A DNA stretch of 64,000 nt, from contig CAZQQX010000005.1 of assembly GCA_964595565.1 (NCBI GenBank), forward strand, positions 8,353 through 72,352, read 5' to 3'. Under the pieces are notes generated by a model. That model saw only the letters and a program-made list of their open reading frames with translations. It was not told where the DNA came from and made no database searches. This document shows, one piece after another, positions 39,489 to 48,861 of this stretch. The DNA comes from an uncultured Actinomycetota bacterium. Lineage in GTDB: Bacteria > Actinomycetota > Humimicrobiia > Humimicrobiales > Humimicrobiaceae. Both the position numbers and the translations under genes were made by a program. Within the stretch, counting starts at the first letter, position 1. Each line of letters opens with the position of its first letter.

Positions 39489-40550
39489 CTATTCTCCCAG
39501 TGCTATTTTAAGAGCCTTTTCCATAATGTCTTCTTTCGAAGTAATATCGTCTTCCCATTTGAGTTTTTCGATTTCATCTTTAAGATTCTCGACTATAGTT
39601 ATTCTTTCGGGGTCATTAAAGACTGACAGTTCGGTTAAATCAGGTTGCTCGTTGTCGTAAAAACTAAAATCTTTGAGTGCTTTTTTTATTACTTCGGAAA
39701 TTTTATTTCTATCTGAAGTATATCCCCTGATTTTCAGGCGGATTCTTGCTTTTGGTATTTCGTTTTTATTTATATTCCAGCTTTTTATCATTTTTCGGGT
39801 CTTCTCTTCCATATATCCAAATTCGCTGGCGGTAGGAAGTGCTATCAGAGTTTCGTTAAAAAATATATAATCTGTGTCAATTATTTTATCCGTTATTTCC
39901 ATTGTTTCTGTATTTAAAATTATGAAACTTCTTTTTCCTGTTTCATTAATATCAAGCCCGCATGGTGAACCTGGATAATATATTTTACCGATGTTAATTT
40001 TTTTGTGTATATGCCCGAGAATAACTTTGAAAGGATTGTAATACTCTATATCATTTCTTGTTATAGGCATATAAATACCTGGCTCGTAAGGGTTAGGATT
40101 GCGTAAACCTGTAGCATAATCTCCATGGCCTATTAAAACCCATGCCCCTGTAAGATTTTTACTATATTCAGCTATAATCTCTCCCATAGAGTGGGTGGGA
40201 AGGTAGGGGATAAAAAAGAAGGAAGCAGGTGAATCATCGAATTTGATTATTTCGGGTTTGCTAAAAACTTTTATGTTCCTGGAAGTAAAATACTGCTGAC
40301 TGATGGAAGGGTCATGGTTTCCTGGAATTATAAAAAATCTAATATTATTATCTGTATATTCTTTTTTATCGCAAAATTTGTCAAAATCAGAATAATTCTG
40401 GCTTTCTTCATTAAATAAGTCGCCTGCTATAATAATTGTATTGATATTTTCAGAAAGCATCTTTTCAAGGATATCAGATAATGCATTCCATCTTTCGGGA
40501 GATTCTGATTTTGTTTTTAGATGAACATCTGCTGTAATTGCTATTTTCAT
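39489..40550 (-). CDS. SbcD-like calcineurin-family metallophosphoesterase (YhaO/SbcF-like)
   Basis: Motifs MKIAITADVHL, IIAGDLFN and GNHD; lies directly upstream of the ATPase on the same strand. Confidence 0.65.
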   Translation of the reverse strand: MKIAITADVHLKTKSESPERWNALSDILEKMLSENINTIIIAGDLFNEESQNYSDFDKFCDKKEYTDNNIRFFIIPGNHDPSISQQYFTSRNIKVFSKPEIIKFDDSPASFFFIPYLPTHSMGEIIAEYSKNLTGAWVLIGHGDYATGLRNPNPYEPGIYMPITRNDIEYYNPFKVILGHIHKKINIGKIYYPGSPCGLDINETGKRSFIILNTETMEITDKIIDTDYIFFNETLIALPTASEFGYMEEKTRKMIKSWNINKNEIPKARIRLKIRGYTSDRNKISEVIKKALKDFSFYDNEQPDLTELSVFNDPERITIVENLKDEIEKLKWEDDITSKEDIMEKALKIALGE

Positions 40551-40829
40551 TTTAAAAAACTAATTTTTTTATAGTTTGAATTATTATATAAAAGTCCTGT
40601 ATATTTTAATTTTCGTTAAAAAGAGAAATCACGGCGATTAGCTCTGTTTAATATATAATAATATACTTTATTTTAAGTTTCAGTCCAGATAATTTTTATA
40701 TTGAGACGGATTAAAAGAGTGAGCAAACAGGATATCCTGTTTATTTTTTTAATTATGCAAAAAAAATTACCTTCATTATTTAAAGCTATTTCAGAAATTC
40801 TAACTTCATAGTTTTTGGATCTATAAAAG

Positions 40830-40862
40830 TAGGGGAGCACTGGTATATAAGCTCCCCTTGAC
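40830..40862 (-). terminator. putative intrinsic terminator after higA (hairpin GGGGAGC-N12-GCTCCCC followed by a T-rich tract on the minus strand)
   Basis: A 7-bp perfect stem immediately 3' of the higA stop codon (minus strand). Confidence 0.35.
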
Positions 40863-40863
40863 T

Positions 40864-41148
40864 TTATCCTGCTCTTGGTCTGAAGTTAATTTCTAGATCA
40901 TAATCCAGAGCATTAGCCATTTTTTTTAAGAATGCTACCGTAGGACTTATATCCCCACCTTCAAGCCTGGCAATGCTGGGTTGTTTTGTATTAATCATTT
41001 TAGCCAGTTCCTTTTGACTTATATTCTTTTCCTTTCTTAGCTTTATGATCTGACTTATCAATTTATACTCAGGTTCAAGTTTATCATACTCTTTCTTGAG
41101 TTCAGAATCTTCCTCAAACCTCCTTTTCTTGAAATCCTGCCAGTCCAT
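40864..41148 (-). CDS. higA: HigA-like XRE-family HTH antitoxin
   Basis: HTH region ISQKELAKMINTKQPSIARLEGG; 94 aa; lies immediately downstream of the toxin gene. Confidence 0.7.
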   Translation of the reverse strand: MDWQDFKKRRFEEDSELKKEYDKLEPEYKLISQIIKLRKEKNISQKELAKMINTKQPSIARLEGGDISPTVAFLKKMANALDYDLEINFRPRAG

Positions 41149-41192
41149 GATAGACCTCCTTTCTTTCTTTTCTTGTAGTTTCTCTTTTTCTC

Positions 41193-41465
41193 TTATTTCT
41201 CTAAGACTTCTTTCATTCTGCTGAGTGCTATCTTTATTTCTCTTTTTGGTATAGAAGCGCTTTTCTTTCTAAAACCATGTAAAAGAATGAAAGTATTCTT
41301 AGTATGCAGAAAATAAATTATTCTAATTTTATTAGAGCTGAATTTTATTCTAAGCTCTCTTAGCCCACTTGTTATATTCGATGTATGTGGGAAGTTTAAA
41401 TAAATTCCATGTTCTTCTAAAAGATCAATTTCCCTATATACTTTAGCCTCTTCCTTCTTTGGCAA
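41193..41465 (-). CDS. higB: HigB-like toxin (COG4679/DUF891 'Gp49-like', RelE/ParE superfamily). The conserved N-terminus continues upstream to an ATG at 41534 but is interrupted by an in-frame TGA at 41526-41528.
   Basis: C-terminal two-thirds match the family pattern (GLRELRIKFSSNKIRIIYF...ILLHGFRKKSASIPKREIKIALSRMKEV). Upstream the frame reads M-K-*-KVKLYTTNEGKSPVADFITRLPKK, which corresponds to the family N-terminus MxWxIEFY....PV..FL..LP. Confidence 0.65.
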   Translation of the reverse strand: MPKKEEAKVYREIDLLEEHGIYLNFPHTSNITSGLRELRIKFSSNKIRIIYFLHTKNTFILLHGFRKKSASIPKREIKIALSRMKEVLEK

Positions 41466-42027
41466 ACGTGTTATAAAATCTGCTACCGGGCTTTTACCTT
41501 CATTAGTTGTATATAATTTGACTTTTCACTTCATTTTAGTAATATAACGGATATGTTATGTTTTGTCAAGTTTTTTACTAATTTATTAGTTAAAATAATA
41601 ATATAATTTTCCTGATTGCAGTGAGAAAGCCTTTAATTATCGATGTCATATCAAATGTTTTCGGTAAGATAGCTTAAATGGTTTAGGGATTTAGCTGTGA
41701 GAATTGTTCGATTAAAAATAGGAAGGAGTTTTAAGTCAAAGTATTAAAGAAATAAGAAAAATTGTAAAAGAGTTAAGGGCTATGGCCGGTGATTAGAAAG
41801 CCCAGGCATCACTTGAGTTTGTGCTTGTAATCCTCTTCATCATATTAATAATTATAACTGTTTCACATTTAGGGTTATTGTCTACTAGAAGTTTTATGTT
41901 CTGGACTTATATGCGCCTGATATGGTTAAAACTATTGTGATGATTGGTTTTGCTGATTCTGGTATATTTGATGTAAAAAAAAGTTCAGCCAAAATAAGGG
42001 CAGTCTCCTTATATTGAGGGGCATGTA

Positions 42028-42753
42028 TTAACTATTTTTACCCTTTACATTATTATAATCTACTAATGACTCCTGGCCATACCTGCAATACTTTAAAAGC
42101 CGGCATTCGGGACATTTCGGTTTCCTCGCAAAGCATATAGTTCTTCCAAGTGAAATTATTCTATGGGAAAAGCTGCTCCAGCTTTTCTTGGGAATGATTT
42201 TCATAAGGTCAAATTCAATTTTTACCGGGTCCTGATTTACAGTCAGTCCGAGCCTGTATGATATCCTTCTTACATGAGTATCGACTATTATAGCCTGCCT
42301 GTCAAAGACATTTGCCAGTACAACATTTGCTGTTTTCCTTCCAACTCCAAATAGGGAGGTAAGATTTTCAATATCTTCAGGCATCTTCCCATTAAATTTT
42401 TCGATAATATCTTTTGAGCAGCTCATTATGCTTTTCGCTTTGTTTTTATAAAACCCGGTTGACTTTATATCCTGCTCAAGCTCATTTATATCTGCATGTG
42501 CGAAATCCTCCGGGCTCCTGTATTTTTTAAAGAGTTCTGGCGTAACTTTATTTACCAGCTTATCAGTGCTCTGGGCTGAGAGTATGGTTGCAATAAATAA
42601 CTGGAAAGCGTCTCTGTGCCCGAGCGATGTGTTAACTGAATCCGGATATTCACGCTTGAGGATATCCAGTATTTTATTTATATTTTTAACTGCAGGTTCA
42701 TATGCGGCTGTATATGAAGTGTCTTTATTCTTTTTATTCCTTTTTTTATACAT
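42028..42753 (-). CDS. nth: endonuclease III (HhH-GPD DNA glycosylase/AP lyase with a 4Fe-4S cluster)
   Basis: HhH-GPD region LFGVGRKTANVVL and a C-terminal C-x6-C-x2-C-x5-C motif (CFARKPKCPECRLLKYC). Confidence 0.85.
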   Translation of the reverse strand: MYKKRNKKNKDTSYTAAYEPAVKNINKILDILKREYPDSVNTSLGHRDAFQLFIATILSAQSTDKLVNKVTPELFKKYRSPEDFAHADINELEQDIKSTGFYKNKAKSIMSCSKDIIEKFNGKMPEDIENLTSLFGVGRKTANVVLANVFDRQAIIVDTHVRRISYRLGLTVNQDPVKIEFDLMKIIPKKSWSSFSHRIISLGRTICFARKPKCPECRLLKYCRYGQESLVDYNNVKGKNS

Positions 42754-42761
42754 AATAATAG

Positions 42762-44498
42762 CTATTTTTTTATTCCTTTCTTTATTTTTTTGTTTTTAAG
42801 ATACTGGTTTATTTCTTCGGTTGTAAGGGTATTTGGTATATCTTTTTTCTCCAGCCAACCTTTTCTTGCAATGTTTACTCCGAATTTATACTCATCCAGT
42901 CCTTTTATGCTATGAGCGTCCGGGTTTATAAAAATTTTTATTCCCTTTTCTTTTGCATATTTACACATTCTCCAGTCAAGGTCAAGTCTGAATGGGCTTG
43001 CATTTAATTCAATATCCACATTATTTTTAGCGGCAGCGTTTATTATTCTTATTATGTCTATTTTGTATGGGTCTCTTGCAAGAAGCAATCTCCCTGTGGG
43101 GTGCGCTATCATTGTGGTGTACTTATTTTCAATTGCTTTTATTACTCTTTTGGTCATTTGTTCTTCACTTAAATTAAAATTAGAATGAACTGCAGCAATG
43201 ATAAAATCAAATTTTTCAAGGATATCATCGGTATAATCAAGACTCCCATCAGGGAGAATATCGGATTCAATCCCTTTGAAAATTTTAAATCCCTTGATTT
43301 TTTTGTTTAGCGCATTTATCTCCTCAAGGTATTCATCTATCTGGCTATCTTTTAACCCGCCAGCGTAGAAAGCAGATTTGCTGTGGTCGCTTATTCCGGC
43401 ATACTGAAAGCCATTGTCCTTAAGATACCTGTATATCTGCTCGAGTGTGCTATTGCCGTCACTATGGGTGGTATGGATGTGTATTATCCCCTTTATATCT
43501 TTTTCTTCTATTAACTCCGGAAGGGTTTTATTTTTAGAAGCTTCGATTTCACCAAAATTTTCCCTGAGTTCAGGGGGTATCCAGTCCATTGAAAAATAAT
43601 CATATATGTCTTTCTCGCTGCTGCATTTGATTAGCCTGTTATTTCTATAAAGACCATATTCATTCATTTTTATATTGTCTTTTTTGGCTGCTGTCCTCAT
43701 TGCAGTATTGTGCTCTTTGCTTCCGGTAAAATGGAGAAGGGAATAGGGATACTGCTTATCGTCAACAATTCTTATATCCACGTTAATGCCGGACTTTAGC
43801 CTTATACTTGATTTCGTATCACCCTTTGCGATAATATCCTCTGTTTCTCCCAGGCCGGTAAAGAAATCCATTACTTTTGCTGGATGGCTGCTGCTTGCCA
43901 CTATATCGATGTCCTTTACTATCTCTTTTTTTCTTCTAATGCTGCCAGCAAGGCTTGACCTTATAACATATTTAAAGCTGCTGATTTTTTCGTTGATAGC
44001 TTCGGCTTCTTTGATGACATTAGCGTAAAGGTATTTTCCCTGATATTTTTTTAAATGTTCGATACCTTTTAGAATATTCTCCTGGGTTTTTTGACCAAAA
44101 TTGGGCAAACCCACAAGTCTATTTTCAAGGCAGGCATATTCCAGTTCTCCGATGTTACTTATTCCAAGTTTATCATAAAGATATTTTACTTTTTTGGGTC
44201 CCATCGAAGGGATGGAAAGCATTTCCACAAGTCCCGGGGGGACCTGTTGCCTGAGCTCATCGTAGTAACCGAGACTGCCGGTATCGTTTAACTCTTTTAT
44301 CTTTTCTGCAATATGTGAGCCTATACCTTTAATACGGGTAAAATCTTCTATTTTAAGATTTTTCTGGAATTCTATATCGGATGCTTCAAGAACTCTTGCT
44401 GCGTTCTGGTAAGCTCTTATCTTAAAAAGGTTTTCATCCTTTAGCTCCAGCAGTACGCTGATTTCTTTTAAAATTTTTATAACTTCTTCTTTATCCAT
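42762..44498 (-). CDS. polX: family X DNA polymerase with a C-terminal PHP phosphoesterase domain (PolX)
   Basis: HhH N-terminus; pol-beta nucleotidyltransferase motif GSIRRKKEIVKDIDIV; PHP motifs IHIHTTHSDG and ISDHS; 578 aa. Confidence 0.85.
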   Translation of the reverse strand: MDKEEVIKILKEISVLLELKDENLFKIRAYQNAARVLEASDIEFQKNLKIEDFTRIKGIGSHIAEKIKELNDTGSLGYYDELRQQVPPGLVEMLSIPSMGPKKVKYLYDKLGISNIGELEYACLENRLVGLPNFGQKTQENILKGIEHLKKYQGKYLYANVIKEAEAINEKISSFKYVIRSSLAGSIRRKKEIVKDIDIVASSSHPAKVMDFFTGLGETEDIIAKGDTKSSIRLKSGINVDIRIVDDKQYPYSLLHFTGSKEHNTAMRTAAKKDNIKMNEYGLYRNNRLIKCSSEKDIYDYFSMDWIPPELRENFGEIEASKNKTLPELIEEKDIKGIIHIHTTHSDGNSTLEQIYRYLKDNGFQYAGISDHSKSAFYAGGLKDSQIDEYLEEINALNKKIKGFKIFKGIESDILPDGSLDYTDDILEKFDFIIAAVHSNFNLSEEQMTKRVIKAIENKYTTMIAHPTGRLLLARDPYKIDIIRIINAAAKNNVDIELNASPFRLDLDWRMCKYAKEKGIKIFINPDAHSIKGLDEYKFGVNIARKGWLEKKDIPNTLTTEEINQYLKNKKIKKGIKK

Positions 44499-44599
44499 AA
44501 AAAAACTTTAGCCTCCTATGGGTTTTATATCACAGGCGGATATAAAAATTTTCTCCAGTACTTTTACGGCTTCCCTGACTGCACCACGCACAGTTTTGA

Positions 44600-44690
44600 C
44601 GCCACTGGAGTGCCGGTAAAATCCCGGAATGCACCCTGAAGCCTGGAACTATAACTTGTCCGAAAGTCTGGCAGGCAATTCCGGTTTATT
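44600..44690 (-). terminator. possible structured terminator after pcm (7-bp outer stem CCGGAAT/ATTCCGG enclosing ~45 nt, then a U-tract)
   Basis: The inverted repeat can be read directly; this region has higher GC than the surrounding sequence. Confidence 0.3.
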
Positions 44691-45354
44691 TTTTGGCCCC
44701 GGTCATGGGTACGAAAGCAACATCGCATAATTTTATTTTCTTTACATTATTTTTTTCTTTAATTACTTTATATAAAACCTGATTCCAGCCCGGGGGACCG
44801 ACAGGAATAATCATAATTCCACCTTCTTTTAATTGCTTGATGAATATGCGTGGTATATGATCGGGCGCCGCAGTAACAATTATTCTATCATAGGGTGCGT
44901 ACTCTTTCCATCCGAGGTAACCATCATGGTTGCTCATTTTTATGTTTTTATACCCGGAAAGAAGTTTTTTATTTCTTTCATAAAGGGAGTTAATTACTTC
45001 TACGGTGTACACTTCTTTTGCCAGCCCGGCAAGGATTGCAACCTGGTAGCCTGAGCCGGTACCGATTTCCAGAACTTTTTCATTTCCGGTAATTTCCAGG
45101 CTTTCTGTCATAAGCGCCACTATGTATGGTTGCGAGATTGTCTGGCCAGAGCCAATTGGAAGTGGCCTGTCCTCATAGGCGGAGTTTCTATATTCTCTGT
45201 CCACAAAAATATGCCGGGGCACTTTCCTTAACGCATCAATTACTCTCTTGTCCGTTACTCCGCGGTGGATAATCTGCTCTTTTACCATTTTTTCACGTAA
45301 AATCTGATACTCTTCAGTGTCTTCTCCGGGATGGTAATTGTTTTTTTGTCTCAT
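44686..45354 (-). CDS. pcm: protein-L-isoaspartate O-methyltransferase
   Basis: SAM-binding motif VLEIGTGSGYQVAILA; 222 aa. Confidence 0.85.
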   Translation of the reverse strand: MRQKNNYHPGEDTEEYQILREKMVKEQIIHRGVTDKRVIDALRKVPRHIFVDREYRNSAYEDRPLPIGSGQTISQPYIVALMTESLEITGNEKVLEIGTGSGYQVAILAGLAKEVYTVEVINSLYERNKKLLSGYKNIKMSNHDGYLGWKEYAPYDRIIVTAAPDHIPRIFIKQLKEGGIMIIPVGPPGWNQVLYKVIKEKNNVKKIKLCDVAFVPMTGAKK

Positions 45355-45437
45355 TACTTGAAGCGTTTTGTGATATAATATTTTGATTTAAATATCTATA
45401 TATAAAACATTATAACATATAACAAATTATTGATTAG

Positions 45438-47261
45438 ATGATTAATCTAAAACTGGCAAATATCCTGGCTGATATCGGGGAAATTAAGAAGTCCACTGAT
45501 ATTAACAGGGATGATGTGTCAAACCTGGCGGTAGCGGTAAGGACTCTTAGGGATAGTCCCGAAGGAATTGAGAGGGTTTACAACGATGGCAGGCTTAAAG
45601 AATTATATGGAATGGAGAAACTCGCCTGTGAACTCATACTGGAATATATGAAGACCGGGAGCATTGGATTATATGAAGAATTGAAATCAGTTTATACCGA
45701 TGATTTAATAAGGCTGGTAAAAATAAGCGGGTTTGGCAAAAAAAGGATATTTAGCATATATAAGGCCTTAGGCATAAGGAACCTCGAAGATTTAAAGGAA
45801 AAACTTGCCGGCATTGATATTGATGAAAAAATTTTTAAAATTATTTCAGATAATAATTTAATTGTAACCGGAGAAAGATCATTTTACGCACGCAGGCTGA
45901 GGGAATCTATCAAGTATTTTGAGAGCATAAGAAATCTATATCCCCGCTGGAGAGTTGAACTTTATCTGGAAGAAATAATAAATGGCCTGCACGGGATTAA
46001 AAGTGTAAAAAAAGCAGTAGTGACTGGTTCCCTGAGAAGAAAAAAGTACATGGTGAAGGATATAGATATTCTTATATTGCCGGAGTTCAATAGGATTTTA
46101 TATGATCTGCAGCGAAGCAGGGAATTGTTAGAAGAAATAAAGTCACTTAAGTTTATCAAAGAGTTTATAAGTATTGATTTGAGGCCCGGGAGTGTAAGCG
46201 GGAGGTTCAGAACCATTTTTGGGATAGAACTTGAGCTTATTATAAGCACTGGTAAAAACTGGGCTAAAGATTTGCTGTATACCACGGGCAGCAAAAAACA
46301 TATTAAAAAATTGGATGAAATAGCAGGTAAAAAGGGTTATATAAAAAATGGCAGTATTGAAATTGGTATCAGTTCGAATGAAGGAGAGGAGCAGATAGAA
46401 AAAATCTTTTCCGACGGTTTCATTTCTGAAGAAAGCATCTATGAAAAGCTTGGCTTTCAATACATACCTCCTGAATTAAGAGAAGACAGGGGAGAATTTG
46501 AACTGGCTGCCGGGTACTCACTGCCGGTGCTTTTAACTATGAAGGATATCAAAGGTGATTTACACGTGCATTCAGAGTGGAGTGACGGGGCTCTGGGTAT
46601 CAATGATATGGTTGAAAGGATTAAAAAGTACAACTATGAATATATGGCAATTACGGATCATTCAGCAAGCAATTATTATGGTAGGGGGCTTGATGAGAGA
46701 AGACTGGAAAAGAAAATAATTTATATAAACAAATTAAAATCAAGATTTAAAGATTTTTGTATTTTAATGGGTTCTGAGATTGATATAAAATGGGTGGATA
46801 AACTGGATTATCCCGATGATATAATCAAAAAACTGGATATAGCCATTGGTTCGATGCATTCATCCTACATGAATTCGGAAGCAGAAAATACCGCCATGGC
46901 AATTAGTGCGGTTAAAAATAAATATTTAGATTTTATCGGACACCCCACGGGAGCGGTTTTTGGGAGCAGGGCCCCTTATTTTATTGACATTGATAAATTA
47001 ATTGAGGAAGCAGCAAAGAATAATAAAGCACTGGAAATAAATTCATATTTTTTAAGAATGGACCTGAACGAGCAAAATGCCGGGAAGGCATCAAAAATGG
47101 GGGTAAAACTGGTTGTTAATACCGATTCGCATCGTCCCAATAATTTAGATATGATAAAATTGGGAGTGGATGCAGCCAGAAGAGCAGGGCTTGAGAAAAA
47201 GGATGTTTTAAATACTTTATCTCTTAATGAGCTGATGGAATGGAAGAAAAAGAGAAATTAA
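45438..47261 (+). CDS. second family X DNA polymerase paralog with a PHP domain
   Basis: Pol-beta motif GSLRRKKYMVKDIDILI; PHP motifs LHVHSEWSDG and ITDHS; 607 aa. Divergent from the first PolX. Confidence 0.8.
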   Translation: MINLKLANILADIGEIKKSTDINRDDVSNLAVAVRTLRDSPEGIERVYNDGRLKELYGMEKLACELILEYMKTGSIGLYEELKSVYTDDLIRLVKISGFGKKRIFSIYKALGIRNLEDLKEKLAGIDIDEKIFKIISDNNLIVTGERSFYARRLRESIKYFESIRNLYPRWRVELYLEEIINGLHGIKSVKKAVVTGSLRRKKYMVKDIDILILPEFNRILYDLQRSRELLEEIKSLKFIKEFISIDLRPGSVSGRFRTIFGIELELIISTGKNWAKDLLYTTGSKKHIKKLDEIAGKKGYIKNGSIEIGISSNEGEEQIEKIFSDGFISEESIYEKLGFQYIPPELREDRGEFELAAGYSLPVLLTMKDIKGDLHVHSEWSDGALGINDMVERIKKYNYEYMAITDHSASNYYGRGLDERRLEKKIIYINKLKSRFKDFCILMGSEIDIKWVDKLDYPDDIIKKLDIAIGSMHSSYMNSEAENTAMAISAVKNKYLDFIGHPTGAVFGSRAPYFIDIDKLIEEAAKNNKALEINSYFLRMDLNEQNAGKASKMGVKLVVNTDSHRPNNLDMIKLGVDAARRAGLEKKDVLNTLSLNELMEWKKKRN

Positions 47262-47262
47262 T

Positions 47263-48219
47263 TTATTTATTCTTGTAATATTTAAAAACTTTATTCTGGT
47301 TAAAATCGGGGATAAAAAGATCGTCTTCAGTACCGAATGAGACATAATCCTGAGTCCATCCATGCCTGAAGCCTTTTTTTTCAGCGTACTTTACCACTTC
47401 ATAATATTCTTTTGCGGTAATCATTTTATTTAACTCCGGATATTTGGATGCATTATAAACTGGATGATATTGAGCCATAATACTTAAATATACATCAGTG
47501 GATAACTCATTTTTAATAAAATTCAGGGTCTTTTTGATTCCTCCGATATTTTCAGGCATGACAAGCAGTCTTATAAGAAGGCCTTTTCTGGCTATACCTT
47601 CTTTGTTTAATTTGAGTCCCCCGACCTGCCTGTACATTTCTTTAACCGAATGTCTGTTATGCCGGGTGTATTCTTCTACCATGGAGTATTTTTTTGCCAT
47701 GCAGTCGTCGCTGTAGCGCATATCCGGCATATAAATATCAATAACTCCGTCAAGCATCTTTATGATCCGTGGGTTTTCATAACCGCCGGTATTAAAAACT
47801 ATAGGAATTGAGAGACCTCCGGCCCTGGCAATACAGAGAGCTTTTATTATCTGGGGGATCCATATGGTTGGAGATACAAGATTAATATTGTGGCAACCGG
47901 AATTCTGTAAAGCAAGCATGCTTTCGGACAGTTCCGGTATGCTGTATTCTACTCCTTCAAATTCCTGGCTTATCTGATAATTCTGGCAATAAACGCATTT
48001 CATATTACAGTATGAGAAAAATATTGTTCCAGAACCGCCTGTACCCGAAATAGGGGGTTCTTCTCCGTGGTGGGGCATAACTGACGATATGACAGGCCTA
48101 TAGCCGGCCATGCATAAACCTGTTTCGCCCTTTATCCTGTTAACCCTGCATTTATGAGGGCATATTACACAGCTGTTTAAGATTTCATCAAGCGATTCTG
48201 AAAGCTCTTCAAGTTCCAT
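47263..48219 (-). CDS. radical SAM protein (PflX/COG1313-like, with an extra N-terminal Cys cluster)
   Basis: N-terminal CVICPHKC...C and the radical SAM motif CNMKCVYCQN; 318 aa. Confidence 0.6.
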   Translation of the reverse strand: MELEELSESLDEILNSCVICPHKCRVNRIKGETGLCMAGYRPVISSVMPHHGEEPPISGTGGSGTIFFSYCNMKCVYCQNYQISQEFEGVEYSIPELSESMLALQNSGCHNINLVSPTIWIPQIIKALCIARAGGLSIPIVFNTGGYENPRIIKMLDGVIDIYMPDMRYSDDCMAKKYSMVEEYTRHNRHSVKEMYRQVGGLKLNKEGIARKGLLIRLLVMPENIGGIKKTLNFIKNELSTDVYLSIMAQYHPVYNASKYPELNKMITAKEYYEVVKYAEKKGFRHGWTQDYVSFGTEDDLFIPDFNQNKVFKYYKNK

Positions 48220-48273
48220 GATTTAAAAAATATAGTTTAAATTGAATTATGGCAGGTTAAAGATATAATAATT

Positions 48274-48612
48274 TTACTTATCTGTGAATGATTTTTTTCT
48301 TTCAGCTACCTTTAATTTTTCTTTGGTTAAAAGATTCGTTAAATAGTTATAAGCCCTGTCAATAATATCCGGGTTATTCTTCAGGATTCTGTCAATTTTA
48401 TAAATCCTGTATTCCAGGAAATACTCCGGTGGGATATCCAGTGCCCCGGAAATTAACTCAATGGTTGAAATAGGGGGGTGCCCTTTCCTCTTTTTAAGTT
48501 TGCTGAAATAGGTGTAATTAAGATTTGTTTTGCCGGCAAGGCTTCTGAGCTTTATTTTCTTTTGTTTTATTATTTCAGTTAATGCTGCACCAAAGTTCTT
48601 ATTGGAATACAT
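48274..48612 (-). CDS. small XRE-like HTH DNA-binding protein
   Basis: LRSLAGKTNLNYTYFSKLKKRKGHPPISTIELISGAL resembles an HTH_19/XRE domain. Confidence 0.4.
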   Translation of the reverse strand: MYSNKNFGAALTEIIKQKKIKLRSLAGKTNLNYTYFSKLKKRKGHPPISTIELISGALDIPPEYFLEYRIYKIDRILKNNPDIIDRAYNYLTNLLTKEKLKVAERKKSFTDK

Positions 48613-48861
48613 TATATATACATTATATATTTAATATGATAGGTTATTTAAATATTTTTTAATTCTATAATATTAAAAGGAGTTATATAAGTTTTTTGGG
48701 CGATAAATAGTTGACAATAATATCAACATGTTGGGGAAATATGGTAAAAAATGAGCTTTTAATTTAAATTAATAAGCTATTAATGAATTATTGAGACAAT
48801 TATTATATAATGAAAAAAATGTAATTATTATCCTGGAATATCTAAATAATGAAAGCGGGTA

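Noticed and set aside
41640-41940. tRNA-like GTTCGATT motif near 41706 and a downstream hydrophobic reading frame (…KAQASLEFVLVILFIILIIITVSHLG…) that resembles a pilin or class III signal peptide
   Set aside because: No acceptor stem, D-arm or anticodon-arm complementarity could be formed around the T-loop-like motif. The hydrophobic frame is preceded by an in-frame TAG (M-A-G-D-stop) with no alternative start, and it does not fit the Flp pilin G/xxxxEY register. It is most likely degenerate non-coding sequence.
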